From contig CALXGQ010000009.1 in the NCBI GenBank assembly GCA_944387895.1, positions 94,056 to 158,055 of the forward strand: a stretch of DNA of 64,000 nt, read 5' to 3'. The position numbers were made by a program, and so were the translations under genes. Positions 1-8,703 of this stretch are shown here, piece by piece. Origin of the DNA: an uncultured Clostridia bacterium. Lineage in GTDB: Bacteria > Bacillota > Clostridia > Oscillospirales > QAKW01. Below the pieces are notes generated by a model. The model was not told where the DNA came from. It saw only the letters and a list, made by a program, of their open reading frames with translations, and did no database searches. Numbering within the stretch: position 1 is the stretch's first letter; each line of letters begins with the position of its first letter.

Positions 1-282
1 CTTACCGTCGTTGGCCGGCGTGATCCCGATATCCGACGCCAGGATCACCTTTTCGATTTCCTTCAGGAGAGAAGCGTCCCAGGGCTGGATCAGCAGCATC
101 CGCGGCTCCGGTACGCTCACCGCCGCCACTTCATTGATTTTACTGGCAACACCGTAGTAATCCACCCGCAGGCGATCCAAAACAGCTGGATTGGCCCGCC
201 CGGCACGAAGTCCGGCGTAATCGTTGTTCAGCGCCGTCAGGGTCTTTTTCATCTTCTCTTCAAATTCAGCGTAATTTGCCAT
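1..282 (-). CDS. frr: Ribosome recycling factor, N-terminal part (gene runs off the window start)
   Basis: Own minus-strand translation from ATG at 282..280: MANYAEFEEKMKKTLTALNNDYAGLRAGRANPAVLDRLRVDYYGVASKINEVAAVSVPEPRMLLIQPWDASLLKEIEKVILASDIGITPANDGK. Frr-like throughout, in the classic pyrH-frr order. Truncated, so absent from the ORF track. Confidence 0.85.
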   Translation of the reverse strand, partial: MANYAEFEEKMKKTLTALNNDYAGLRAGRANPAVLDRLRVDYYGVASKINEVAAVSVPEPRMLLIQPWDASLLKEIEKVILASDIGITPANDGK

Positions 283-286
283 TTTC

Positions 287-1012
287 TCATTCTCCTTTAT
301 TGTCTATTGTGGTTCCAATATCTTCGCCCAATACAGCCCGAACAATATTTTCAGGGTCGGACATATCAAATACATAGATCGGGATGTTGTTCTCCTTGCA
401 GAGCGCGGCTGCGGCACTATCCATCACGCCCAGCTGGTTGCTGAGAATATCCAGATAGCGGATGTGGTGAAATTTCTTTGCGTTTGGATCTTTTTTCGGA
501 TCCGCCGTATAAACGCCGTCTACATTCGTCGCCTTGAATATGACCTCCGCGTTGATCTCCGCCGCGCGCAGGGCAGCGCAAGTATCGGTGGAGAAATATG
601 GATTTCCTGTTCCGCTGGCAAAAACGACCACCCTTCCCTTTTCCAGGTGGGAAATCGCCCTGTTGCGAATAAAGGGTTCGGCGATCTGGCGCATTTCGAT
701 CGCGCTCATAACCCGGCATTCCACGCCTCTTTGCAGCAGCGCGTCCTGAACGGCGAGGGCGTTCATCGTTGTCGCCAGCATGCCGATATAATCGGCTCGG
801 GTGCGATCCATCTGCTGATTGCTTCTGCCGCGCCAGTAATTACCGCCGCCGACAACGATCGCGATCTGCACGCCCTTCTCAACGCAGGTTTTGATATGGG
901 AGCCTATCTTTAAAACATAATCAAAATCCACGCCTGTTTTTCCGGCTCCTGCAAGAGCTTCGCCGCTCAGTTTCAAAAGGATTCTCCGATATGCAACATC
1001 AGCCATAAACAT
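287..1012 (-). CDS. pyrH: UMP kinase
   Basis: ORF 287..1018 has [24 protein letters not shown] and [19 protein letters not shown], all UMP kinase hallmarks. Start is ambiguous (GTG 1018, ATG 1012, ATG 1006) with GGGAG just upstream. Confidence 0.93.
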   Translation of the reverse strand: MFMADVAYRRILLKLSGEALAGAGKTGVDFDYVLKIGSHIKTCVEKGVQIAIVVGGGNYWRGRSNQQMDRTRADYIGMLATTMNALAVQDALLQRGVECRVMSAIEMRQIAEPFIRNRAISHLEKGRVVVFASGTGNPYFSTDTCAALRAAEINAEVIFKATNVDGVYTADPKKDPNAKKFHHIRYLDILSNQLGVMDSAAAALCKENNIPIYVFDMSDPENIVRAVLGEDIGTTIDNKGE

Positions 1013-1035
1013 ACACACTCCCGGAAGTCATATTT

Positions 1036-1923
1036 TTAATAATTATAATATATTATAAACCTGTTTGTAAAGTAAAATATCCCATTTTGAAAAAAAAGAA
1101 GCGCTTCCACAGGAAACGCTTCTATCGTTTTATCGAATTTTTTGCGAATGAGGCTGATCACAGCGATTACCGCAGCGGCGGCCGCAAGAACAGCCAGGGA
1201 AAGCAGAAGATCGTACCGCGTTACCAGCGTGATATCATACCCTTCCTCGTTCATCATATTGGCGAAAAGATAGATGCTGTCGAAAACAACGGCGGCAATA
1301 CCGAGCAGCCAGCAAACAGCGGTCAGAACGCCGCCCTTTTCTCGAACTGGAAGCCCTTTGAGGGTGTTCAGATCGAGCAGCTTGCCCACATAGAAGCAGG
1401 CGCTCAGGCTTAAAATGGTTTCCGGAACCATATAAGCCGCATTATACAGCAGAGAATAGAGAAATCCGTCGGCGGAGGGCACGGAAACGCCCGCCCATAC
1501 GGTGCATCCGGAGATCAGATGGCAAAGATACCGAAGCAGGCAAACCAGACCGGTTCCCGCCAGCAGTCCGCCGATTTGAGTGGGAAAGCATTTTTTGAAG
1601 ACGCCGCTCAGCCCCAACACCGTAAATGCAAGAAAATAATCCAATACAAGAACGGCGATCAGAGATTCCCAGCCCATGCTTCTGCGCAGCCCGCTGAAAT
1701 CCATCAGAAGCTGCAATGCGCTAAACAAAAAGGAGCACATCAGCGCCCAGGGAAGCTTGTTTGCATAACGATACGCGATCAAGATGATCGGCACCATGGA
1801 GCAGGCGGTCACCGAGCCGCCGAAAGGCATATCCAGCACCTTAATAAAGCTCAGAAGAAAGGAAAGCGCAACCATGATTCCGCCTTCACACATCATACGA
1901 ATCTTTTCTTTTTTCATATCCAC
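1036..1923 (-). CDS. ThiT-like ECF transporter S component (putative thiamine-type) with an extra C-terminal extension
   Basis: The first ~190 aa are collinear with ThiT-type S components (FGGSVT..PIILIAYRY, LDYFLAFTVLGLSG, YNAAYMVPETI). About 100 extra aa add two hydrophobic segments. No TPP riboswitch motifs lie upstream. The 3' end reads through a terminator-like hairpin (see findings). Confidence 0.55.
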   Translation of the reverse strand: MDMKKEKIRMMCEGGIMVALSFLLSFIKVLDMPFGGSVTACSMVPIILIAYRYANKLPWALMCSFLFSALQLLMDFSGLRRSMGWESLIAVLVLDYFLAFTVLGLSGVFKKCFPTQIGGLLAGTGLVCLLRYLCHLISGCTVWAGVSVPSADGFLYSLLYNAAYMVPETILSLSACFYVGKLLDLNTLKGLPVREKGGVLTAVCWLLGIAAVVFDSIYLFANMMNEEGYDITLVTRYDLLLSLAVLAAAAAVIAVISLIRKKFDKTIEAFPVEALLFFQNGIFYFTNRFIIYYNY

Positions 1924-1988
1924 AATATAGTGTTTCGCCAGGAAGCCCGGCGGAACAGCAACCCCCTATTTTTAATTTTTACAAAATT

Positions 1989-2912
1989 CTATCCTTCCAT
2001 CCGCTCCAGCTTATCCAGAAGTCGGGAGAAGTAATCGGGAAGAGCGCTTTCAAAATATAGACGTTCGCCGCTCACCGGATGGAGAAAGCCCAGCACTCTG
2101 GCGTGCAGGCATTGCCCTTCAAAATCCAGATGCAGCCCCGGAACCGGCCGACCGTATACCAGATCTCCGACAACAAAATGACCTATGGATGCCAGATGCG
2201 TGCGGATCTGATGCGTCCGCCCAGTTTCCAGACGACAGGCAAGGTGAGAGCAGGAACGATACTCCTGCAGAACCTGATAATGGGTCACGGCATTTTTTCC
2301 GCCCCGGGCCGCTATCGCCATTTTTTTCCGGTCCCTGGGACTCCGGGCGATCGGCGCGTCGATCCTGCCGGAAGGCTCAGGCATTTTCCCAAAAACGATC
2401 GTTTCATATACCCGTTCAATGGTATGTTTTTCAAATTGCACGGAAAGCCCCTGATGAGCACGGTCGCTTTTCGCAACGACCAGAAGACCGCTGGTATCCT
2501 TGTCGATCCGGTGCACAATCCCCGGCCGAAGCTCCCCGTTGATCCCCGATAAGCTGCCGCGGCAATGGTATAAAAGCCCGTTGACCAGCGTATCGCCGCT
2601 ATGCCCCGGCGCAGGATGGACCACCATCCCCTTCGGTTTATTCACCACCAGAAGATCTGCGTCCTCATAAACGATATCCAGCGCCATCTCGCAGGGCTGG
2701 GGCGCAGCCTCCTCCGGCGGAGGAAGCTCCAATACGATCCGATCGCCCGCTTTGACCCGGTAGCTTTTCGACGCAGGCCTGCCGTTGACGGTGGCCGCCC
2801 CATCCCGGATCAGCGCTTCGATCCTGGAGCGGGAAAGCCCCTCCGCACATTCAGACAAAAACTGATCCAATCGACTCCCGTCCGATGGAGAAACAAATTC
2901 AAGCCGCTCCAT
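1989..2912 (-). CDS. rluD: RluA-family 23S rRNA pseudouridine synthase (RluD-like)
   Basis: An S4-like N-terminus (LDQFLSE..SRSRIEALIRDG) is followed by an RluA core (HRIDKDTSGLLVVAK, GRTHQIRTHL). Start placed at MERLEF; the ORF is open to 2951. Confidence 0.88.
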   Translation of the reverse strand: MERLEFVSPSDGSRLDQFLSECAEGLSRSRIEALIRDGAATVNGRPASKSYRVKAGDRIVLELPPPEEAAPQPCEMALDIVYEDADLLVVNKPKGMVVHPAPGHSGDTLVNGLLYHCRGSLSGINGELRPGIVHRIDKDTSGLLVVAKSDRAHQGLSVQFEKHTIERVYETIVFGKMPEPSGRIDAPIARSPRDRKKMAIAARGGKNAVTHYQVLQEYRSCSHLACRLETGRTHQIRTHLASIGHFVVGDLVYGRPVPGLHLDFEGQCLHARVLGFLHPVSGERLYFESALPDYFSRLLDKLERMEG

Positions 2913-3408
2913 CGCCCGACTTCCTTTTCTCTTTTTTACCATCAAAATCATGAGAGAAAAAGATATAAAATGCCAAAATCACCGTTCCGCAGCAGACAAA
3001 GATATCCGCTACATTAAAAACGGCAAACTGATAGCCCCAGAAGTTGAAGGCAAAAAAGTCGATCACCTCGCCAAGAAAAATGCGGTCGATCATATTTCCG
3101 GCACCGCCTCCAATAATCAGGGAAAGCGCAACGATGCCCCAATGGTTTTTTATTTTTCCCATGCACAGCACCAGAACGGCTGCGATCAGGATTATGGTAG
3201 TGAACAGCATAAACACCCAGGGATGATCCTCTAAAATGCCGAACGCTGCGCCGGGGTTACGCACATGAGTAAGGGAAAAAAATCCCGGGATCAAAACAAC
3301 GGAATCATTCTCCGTCATGGTCTTGTCGATGATCAGCTTGACGACCTGATCCAGAATAATTAGTGAAATCGATAAAAATATCCAATAATAGCGTTTCAAA
3401 AAATTCAA
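2899..3408 (-). CDS. lspA: Lipoprotein signal peptidase (signal peptidase II)
   Basis: A 169-aa polytopic protein with NPGAAFG and FNVADIF motifs, in lspA-rluD synteny. Confidence 0.9.
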   Translation of the reverse strand: MNFLKRYYWIFLSISLIILDQVVKLIIDKTMTENDSVVLIPGFFSLTHVRNPGAAFGILEDHPWVFMLFTTIILIAAVLVLCMGKIKNHWGIVALSLIIGGGAGNMIDRIFLGEVIDFFAFNFWGYQFAVFNVADIFVCCGTVILAFYIFFSHDFDGKKEKRKSGDGAA

Positions 3409-3420
3409 TCGTGGGGCTCC

Positions 3421-4353
3421 TTATTCGTCTTTATTGATATCATAATCCACGCCGAACTTCAGATTTTCAAATTTTATCGGCTTTACAACAGGCTTCGGAT
3501 CGGATTTCTTCTCTTCTTTTTCCTTCAGCTTAAATTCCATGGTAATGCCGTCCGGCTTATCCGGAGCAGGTTCTTCCTGCTTTGCCGGCTCGGCAGCCTT
3601 TTCCGGTTCCTTCTGAAGGGGTGCGGCGGGCGCTTCCGGCCGCTCTGCCTTCTGCGCCGGAGGCTCCGCAGGCGCTTCCCGCTGCTCCATCTTCTGCACC
3701 GGGGGCTCCGCAGGCGCTTCCGGCTCTTTTTCTTCCGCACCGGCGGCAGGAGCCGCTTTTTCTTCCGTAGCCTTAAAATCCGGCAGCTTGGAGATGGAGG
3801 TCAGATGCGCCTTATAAAGATCGATGATCGTATTTTTGAATTCAGCGACCTGGGTGCGCAGGTGATCCAGCTTTTTCTGCTCCGCCTCGGTTTCCCGGTG
3901 GATCCGGGCGATCTCCCGGTCGGCTTTATCCTGCTCCGCCTGAATCTCGGCGCGGCATTGCTCCTGCGCCGCCCGAACGGCGTCGGCAGAATCCCGCTCC
4001 GCCTTCATGACGATCGCCTTGGCCTGCTCCTCCGCCGCGGATATGATCTCGGCGGCCTTGGCCTTACTGGTAAGCTCCACTTCCTTCTCCCGCAGCTCGA
4101 TCTCCCGCAGCGTCGTTTCATTCAGCTTCTGCGCGTTGATGATCGCGGTTTTGAGAAATTCTTCGTCCTTTTTATAATCTTCGATCTTTGCAAGGCAAAC
4201 CTTCAGTTTTTCAACCAGCTCGTTGTTTTCCGTATAAAGACTGCGGTAATCGGCCTCTACCTCGTCCAGAAAGGCGTCGACTTCGTCCCGGCGATATCCG
4301 CCCAGCACACTCTGCTCAAATTCCTTTTCCTGAATCACATCAGGTTTCAACAT
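3421..4353 (-). CDS. divIVA: DivIVA-domain cell division protein
   Basis: N-terminus LKPDVIQEKEFEQSVLGGYRRDEVDAFLDEVEADY, a long coiled coil, then a Pro/Ala/Glu repeat linker. Follows ylmH as in Firmicute ylm clusters. Confidence 0.88.
   Translation of the reverse strand: MLKPDVIQEKEFEQSVLGGYRRDEVDAFLDEVEADYRSLYTENNELVEKLKVCLAKIEDYKKDEEFLKTAIINAQKLNETTLREIELREKEVELTSKAKAAEIISAAEEQAKAIVMKAERDSADAVRAAQEQCRAEIQAEQDKADREIARIHRETEAEQKKLDHLRTQVAEFKNTIIDLYKAHLTSISKLPDFKATEEKAAPAAGAEEKEPEAPAEPPVQKMEQREAPAEPPAQKAERPEAPAAPLQKEPEKAAEPAKQEEPAPDKPDGITMEFKLKEKEEKKSDPKPVVKPIKFENLKFGVDYDINKDE
3649..3721 (-). repeat. 42-nt-period in-frame direct repeat inside the DivIVA linker
   Basis: cttctgcgccggaggctccgcaggcgcttcc (3649-3679) recurs as cttctgcaccgggggctccgcaggcgcttcc (3691-3721). 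It encodes EAPAEPP(V/A)QK-type 14-aa units. Confidence 0.7.
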
Positions 4354-4365
4354 CGCTATATCCTC

Positions 4366-5109
4366 CTAAACATATTTTTTACAAATCAAAACAGTACGGC
4401 CCTTTTTGGTTGTCCCGACGCACTCCTCCACGATCCATTTCCCACAACCGCGGATCACCAGACCATCGCCTTCCTGAATATCTTTTGTCTTCTTTTCCAG
4501 CAAAATGTGGTTCAGATAGACCTGCCCGGCCTCGATCAGCTGGGCGGCCTGCTCCCGGGAAAAGCGCCCCAGAGCGCCGACCACCGCGTCGGCACGCGGA
4601 GAGGCCACGGTGATCCGCAGGCTTTCAAATTGCGGCTCCGGGATCTTCAGATCCTCCGCAGCTTCCAGCAGCCGGACATTTTGCCTCCCGATGGAAGAGA
4701 GGTTCTGAATCAGAAAATCCCGGATATGCTCCGCGGCAAAAAACAGCGCGCAGCCGTCCCGGACAATGATATCGCCCAAAACATCGCGGCGAATCCCCAG
4801 CGCCATCAATGCGCCCAGAACATCGCGATGGGTCAAAGAGTCGGCGTCGCCGCACACGATCTGCAAAAGCACGATCGGAAAATACTGCACCAGCGTTTCT
4901 TCATCCAGAGAAGAAATCGCCAGCATCTTCCGCTCGCTGGCAGGATATCCACCGTAGAGAAGATACGGCGCCCCTGCCCGCCGGCAGATCGCCTCTGCCT
5001 CCGCCGCCTCTTCAGCAGTAAGAAACCCGGAAAAAACAAAGGGTTCGCCCCTTTGTTCCCTGCTGATCAAATCTTCGATTCTACCGCTGAAATATGCCCG
5101 CTCGTTCAT
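4366..5109 (-). CDS. ylmH: YlmH-like RNA-binding S4-domain protein
   Basis: 247 aa with a C-terminal S4-like segment (RADAVVGALGRFSREQAAQLIEAGQVYLNH). Sits between ylmG and divIVA. Confidence 0.75.
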   Translation of the reverse strand: MNERAYFSGRIEDLISREQRGEPFVFSGFLTAEEAAEAEAICRRAGAPYLLYGGYPASERKMLAISSLDEETLVQYFPIVLLQIVCGDADSLTHRDVLGALMALGIRRDVLGDIIVRDGCALFFAAEHIRDFLIQNLSSIGRQNVRLLEAAEDLKIPEPQFESLRITVASPRADAVVGALGRFSREQAAQLIEAGQVYLNHILLEKKTKDIQEGDGLVIRGCGKWIVEECVGTTKKGRTVLICKKYV

Positions 5110-5387
5110 CAGAAATAAACGGAGATCTGGCCGATAGCCGATACAACCAGCCGCAAAAGAAGAAAGAGGATCAGGGGCGAAAAATCCACGGGAGAATTTC
5201 TGAAAAATTCAAATCGGTACAGCAACCGGCGGATCGGCCGCAGCAGCGGATCCGCAATGGCACCGAGAGCGCGGAGCACCGGGCTGGCCGGATCGCGGAT
5301 GAACCAGGTGCAAAGACAATAGATCAGCATGATCAGCGCATAAAGACTGATCAGAAGATTGATGATATACAACGCGAGATGAATCAA
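5109..5387 (-). CDS. YggT/YlmG family membrane protein
   Basis: A 92-aa small hydrophobic protein in the conserved slot after sepF. Confidence 0.75.
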   Translation of the reverse strand: MIHLALYIINLLISLYALIMLIYCLCTWFIRDPASPVLRALGAIADPLLRPIRRLLYRFEFFRNSPVDFSPLILFLLLRLVVSAIGQISVYF

Positions 5388-5388
5388 C

Positions 5389-5838
5389 TTAAAATTCCTC
5401 TTCTCTCAAATCGCCGGTCAGCTCGCCCTGCAGACCCACGTTCCGGGGGGTCACGGCGTAGGTGCTGTGCGCAACGCGCTGCAGATCACCGCCCTGGGCA
5501 TAGACAACACCGCTCAGAAAATCCAGAATCCGCTGCGCCATTTCCTTATTGCAGTTTTCAAGATTCAGCAGAACCGCCCGGTTCGCCAGAATATGGTCGG
5601 CTACCGTTCGGGCGTCACTGTAGTCGGCGGACTTTACGATCACCATATTGACCTGTCCCTTGACAGAAGAGGGCGCGGCCGGCTTGGCCGCAGCAGAACG
5701 GTGCGGCTCCTTTTTGACGGCGGCCGGCTCCGCAGGCGCATCAACAGGATCCGCCCGATCCTCGGATTCATCGCCGCCGACAACGTCGTTGACCGTTGGA
5801 ATGCCGATCAGTTCCTTCATTTTATCCCATTTGCTCAT
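5389..5838 (-). CDS. sepF: Cell division protein SepF
   Basis: C-terminal domain VIVKSADYSDARTVADHILANRAVLLNLENCNKEMAQRILDFLSGVVYAQGGDLQRV is typical of SepF. Confidence 0.85.
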   Translation of the reverse strand: MSKWDKMKELIGIPTVNDVVGGDESEDRADPVDAPAEPAAVKKEPHRSAAAKPAAPSSVKGQVNMVIVKSADYSDARTVADHILANRAVLLNLENCNKEMAQRILDFLSGVVYAQGGDLQRVAHSTYAVTPRNVGLQGELTGDLREEEF

Positions 5839-5853
5839 ATCAAAATACCTCCG

Positions 5854-6525
5854 TTAATTTCTCGGGCCGAAAATACCGCTCCCGACGCGGATAAAAGTAC
5901 TGCCGGCTTCGATTGCATCCTCATAATCGCCGGACATACCCATCGATAAAATATCCATGCTAACATTATCTATCTTTTTCGCCTTTATGTCAACCGACAA
6001 TTGCTTCATTTTCAAAAAATATTTAAGGTTTTGATGCTTTTCCACCGCTATCGGCGGGATACACATCAGCCCCCGCACCCGGATTCCGGAAAAACCGGAA
6101 ATGCTTTCCAGAAAAGGCGTCAGTTCTTCTTCCGCCACGCCGCCCTTGGATTCCTCTTTGCCGACATTGACCTCCACCAGAATATCCTGCACCTTCCCAG
6201 CAGCAAGAGCGCGCCTGGAAATTTCCTCCGCAAGGCGCAGGGTATCGACCGAATGGATCAGATCCACTTTATCGATAATATATTTTACCTTATTGGTCTG
6301 CAGCCGGCCGATCAGGTGAAAGGAAACGCCATCCTTGCAGATCGCGTCGTATTTTTCCAGAAATTCCTGAACCCGGTTTTCCCCGATATGCCGCACCCCG
6401 CAGCGGATCGCGGCGTTGATCTCCTCCGGCGGACGGGTCTTGGTGACCGCCAGAAGCTGCGTATCGTGACCCTCCAGCTGACGGAAGATCTTTTCGATGT
6501 TTTTTCTGATTGTTTCCGCGTCCAT
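5854..6525 (-). CDS. YggS/YlmE family pyridoxal-phosphate homeostasis protein
   Basis: LLAVTKTRPPEEI, HIGENRVQE, HLIGRLQTNKVKY and SMGMSGDYEDAIEAGST match the family. Confidence 0.9.
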   Translation of the reverse strand: MDAETIRKNIEKIFRQLEGHDTQLLAVTKTRPPEEINAAIRCGVRHIGENRVQEFLEKYDAICKDGVSFHLIGRLQTNKVKYIIDKVDLIHSVDTLRLAEEISRRALAAGKVQDILVEVNVGKEESKGGVAEEELTPFLESISGFSGIRVRGLMCIPPIAVEKHQNLKYFLKMKQLSVDIKAKKIDNVSMDILSMGMSGDYEDAIEAGSTFIRVGSGIFGPRN

Positions 6526-7751
6526 CAGGTCACCGCCTTTCCATCGTATAGATCCGAGCCTTTATAAACCACCTGATCGTAGATCCGCAGCCCGCTTTCA
6601 TCCGTTGCGACATATTCGATGATCGCGTTTGTCCCGTCGTTATACAGCACGTTTACCTCCTTATAGCGAAGCAGAAGCCCCACCTTGACAAAGACGCCTT
6701 CCTTCCCTTCGACCTTGCGCAGGGCGCTCTGGCGCACGAGGATGCCGCTGTAGGTTTCAATGATCAGGCTGATGTTTTCCTGCCGCAGCGTGAGGATATT
6801 GCTGCTGATGATCGAAGAATTCAGAACCATCACGCTTTCCTCTCCGTCCTTGCGGATATCTGCTATAACGCATTTGATCCGGTCGGTCCCAAAGGAGGGG
6901 ATTTTAATATATACCACATCGTTGACGCTCAGAGAAGACACCGCTTTGTTCTGCACCTTGATCGCGACCGACCAGGTGCTTTGATAGACCATTTTCCCCA
7001 GCTCGCTCCCGGCTGCGGCTGCGGTATTGCACAGTTCCAGAGCGTCGTCAAAAGTATCGACCGAAAGCGTTTCCAGATATTCGGTCGTCAGCTGATCTTC
7101 CAGCCCATCGGTGCTATAGGAAAAATAACCGGCCTGGTCGGTGGTCACCGATGTCACGCTGCTGCTCCCGGAGGCCTTCAGCTCCGAAAGCTGCTGCCGC
7201 AGGTTTTCCAGCGTTTTATCGTAGCTCACCAGATCGCCGGAAGCGATTTTCTTTTTCATGATATCTAAAACAACATTTTCCGCGCCTTCAAAAGCCTCCC
7301 CCGCACTCCCCTGGCGGGAAAGCTCTGAAATCTGCGTCAGATCTTCATATATATCCTGCTCAATGCTGTCCGTCGCGCTGGAATAGGAGCTGCTGTTGGC
7401 AAGAACCTCCTCATAGGTGGCGATTTTTTCCTCCACCTCACGGATCTCCTTGCGCACCTTGGCCGACGTTTCATCCGGATAGACCCGGGCAACAACGCCG
7501 CCGGAAGCAACGCGCTCTCCCTCGCTGCGGATCACGTCCAGATATTCATAGGCGGAGCCGTCGATCACCTTCTCATCGCGAAAAAAGATCCCGGCCGCGT
7601 CGACGGTTTCTTCCATTTCTCCCATGACGGCGCTTTCGGTTTTGATGGAATCGAAATTATATTTATAAAGCTGATAAACCACCACCACGACGGCAAAAAC
7701 GGTCAGTACACCGATGATCAGTTTTATAAATGTCAGTCCGCTGCTTTTCAT
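6525..7751 (-). CDS. Membrane-anchored HlyD-like (membrane-fusion-type) protein, function unknown
   Basis: An N-terminal TM (LIIGVLTVFAVVVVVY), a biotinyl/lipoyl-like hairpin (GERVASGGVVARV), a coiled-coil stretch and a beta-rich C-terminus. Family assignment is from memory only. Confidence 0.4.
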   Translation of the reverse strand: MKSSGLTFIKLIIGVLTVFAVVVVVYQLYKYNFDSIKTESAVMGEMEETVDAAGIFFRDEKVIDGSAYEYLDVIRSEGERVASGGVVARVYPDETSAKVRKEIREVEEKIATYEEVLANSSSYSSATDSIEQDIYEDLTQISELSRQGSAGEAFEGAENVVLDIMKKKIASGDLVSYDKTLENLRQQLSELKASGSSSVTSVTTDQAGYFSYSTDGLEDQLTTEYLETLSVDTFDDALELCNTAAAAGSELGKMVYQSTWSVAIKVQNKAVSSLSVNDVVYIKIPSFGTDRIKCVIADIRKDGEESVMVLNSSIISSNILTLRQENISLIIETYSGILVRQSALRKVEGKEGVFVKVGLLLRYKEVNVLYNDGTNAIIEYVATDESGLRIYDQVVYKGSDLYDGKAVT

Positions 7752-8699
7752 TTACCCGTTTCCACCTTTCAAAAACTCCCCGGCCATAGAAACAGCCCGT
7801 TCCGTTATTTCTTCCGCGCTCAGCTCGTCCCGATACAGCCAGTTCACGGCGGGATTCTTCCCGAACCAGGTCAGCTGCCGCTTGGCGTAATTCCGGCTTT
7901 TTTGCTTGATCAGCTCCAGCGCCTCTCCGATCTCTCCGCCCGTTTCCAAAGCGTCAATCAGTTCTTTATAGCCGATGGCCGCCCGCGCCGTTGCAGAAAG
8001 CTTATAGTTTTCCATCAGAAACCGCACTTCTTCCAAAAGTCCCTGCTCCACCATCCGGTCGACCCTTGCGTCGATCCGCTGGTAGAGCAGCTGGCGATCC
8101 CGATAATTCAGCCCGATCCAAAGCACGTCGTATGGACTGCTGCGGCGGCTTTCCTGCTGAAGATCCGAAAGCCTGCGTCCGGTGATTTCAAGCACCTCCA
8201 GCCCGCGGACAACCCGCTTGAGATCATGGGGATGAAGGCGCCGGGCCAGTTCGGGATCCCGTTCTAAAAGGAGGGCATACACCGCTTCCTTCCCTTCCCG
8301 CCCGGCCATCAGCATATATTTTTCCCGGACAGCGCCATCGGGCGCGATATCAAAAAAATTCGTATTGCCCAGAAGATGGTCGATATAAAGACCCGTTCCA
8401 CCGCAAACCACCGGCAACCGTCCCCGCCGCGCCAGATCGGCAAGAACTCTTCCGGCGTCGGCGGTATAGGAGGCGACATTATAGCATTCCTCCACGCCGA
8501 CGTGCCCCACCAGATGGTGGGCAACGCCCTGCCGTTCCTCTGCTCCGGGCTTGGCGGTGCCGATATTCATCTCCCGGTAAATCTGCATGGAATCCGCTGA
8601 AACCACCTCGCCGCCGCAATGCTTACCCAGCTCCGCCGCCAGCGCGGTCTTACCGGAGGCGGTCGGCCCCACAACGGCGATGATTTTCTGATCCGCCAT
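7752..8699 (-). CDS. miaA: tRNA dimethylallyltransferase
   Basis: MADQKIIAVVGPTASGKTALA P-loop, SADSMQIYREMNIGTAKP. Start at ATG 8699, 4 nt after the mutL stop; the ORF is open to 8744. Confidence 0.95.
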   Translation of the reverse strand: MADQKIIAVVGPTASGKTALAAELGKHCGGEVVSADSMQIYREMNIGTAKPGAEERQGVAHHLVGHVGVEECYNVASYTADAGRVLADLARRGRLPVVCGGTGLYIDHLLGNTNFFDIAPDGAVREKYMLMAGREGKEAVYALLLERDPELARRLHPHDLKRVVRGLEVLEITGRRLSDLQQESRRSSPYDVLWIGLNYRDRQLLYQRIDARVDRMVEQGLLEEVRFLMENYKLSATARAAIGYKELIDALETGGEIGEALELIKQKSRNYAKRQLTWFGKNPAVNWLYRDELSAEEITERAVSMAGEFLKGGNG

Positions 8700-8703
8700 T
8701 TCC

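Noticed and set aside
1924-1988. Searched for a TPP riboswitch upstream of the ThiT-like gene.
   Set aside because: Only ~65 nt are available, and neither the CUGAGA nor the ACCUGAUCUGGAUAAUGCCAGCG-type conserved segment is present.
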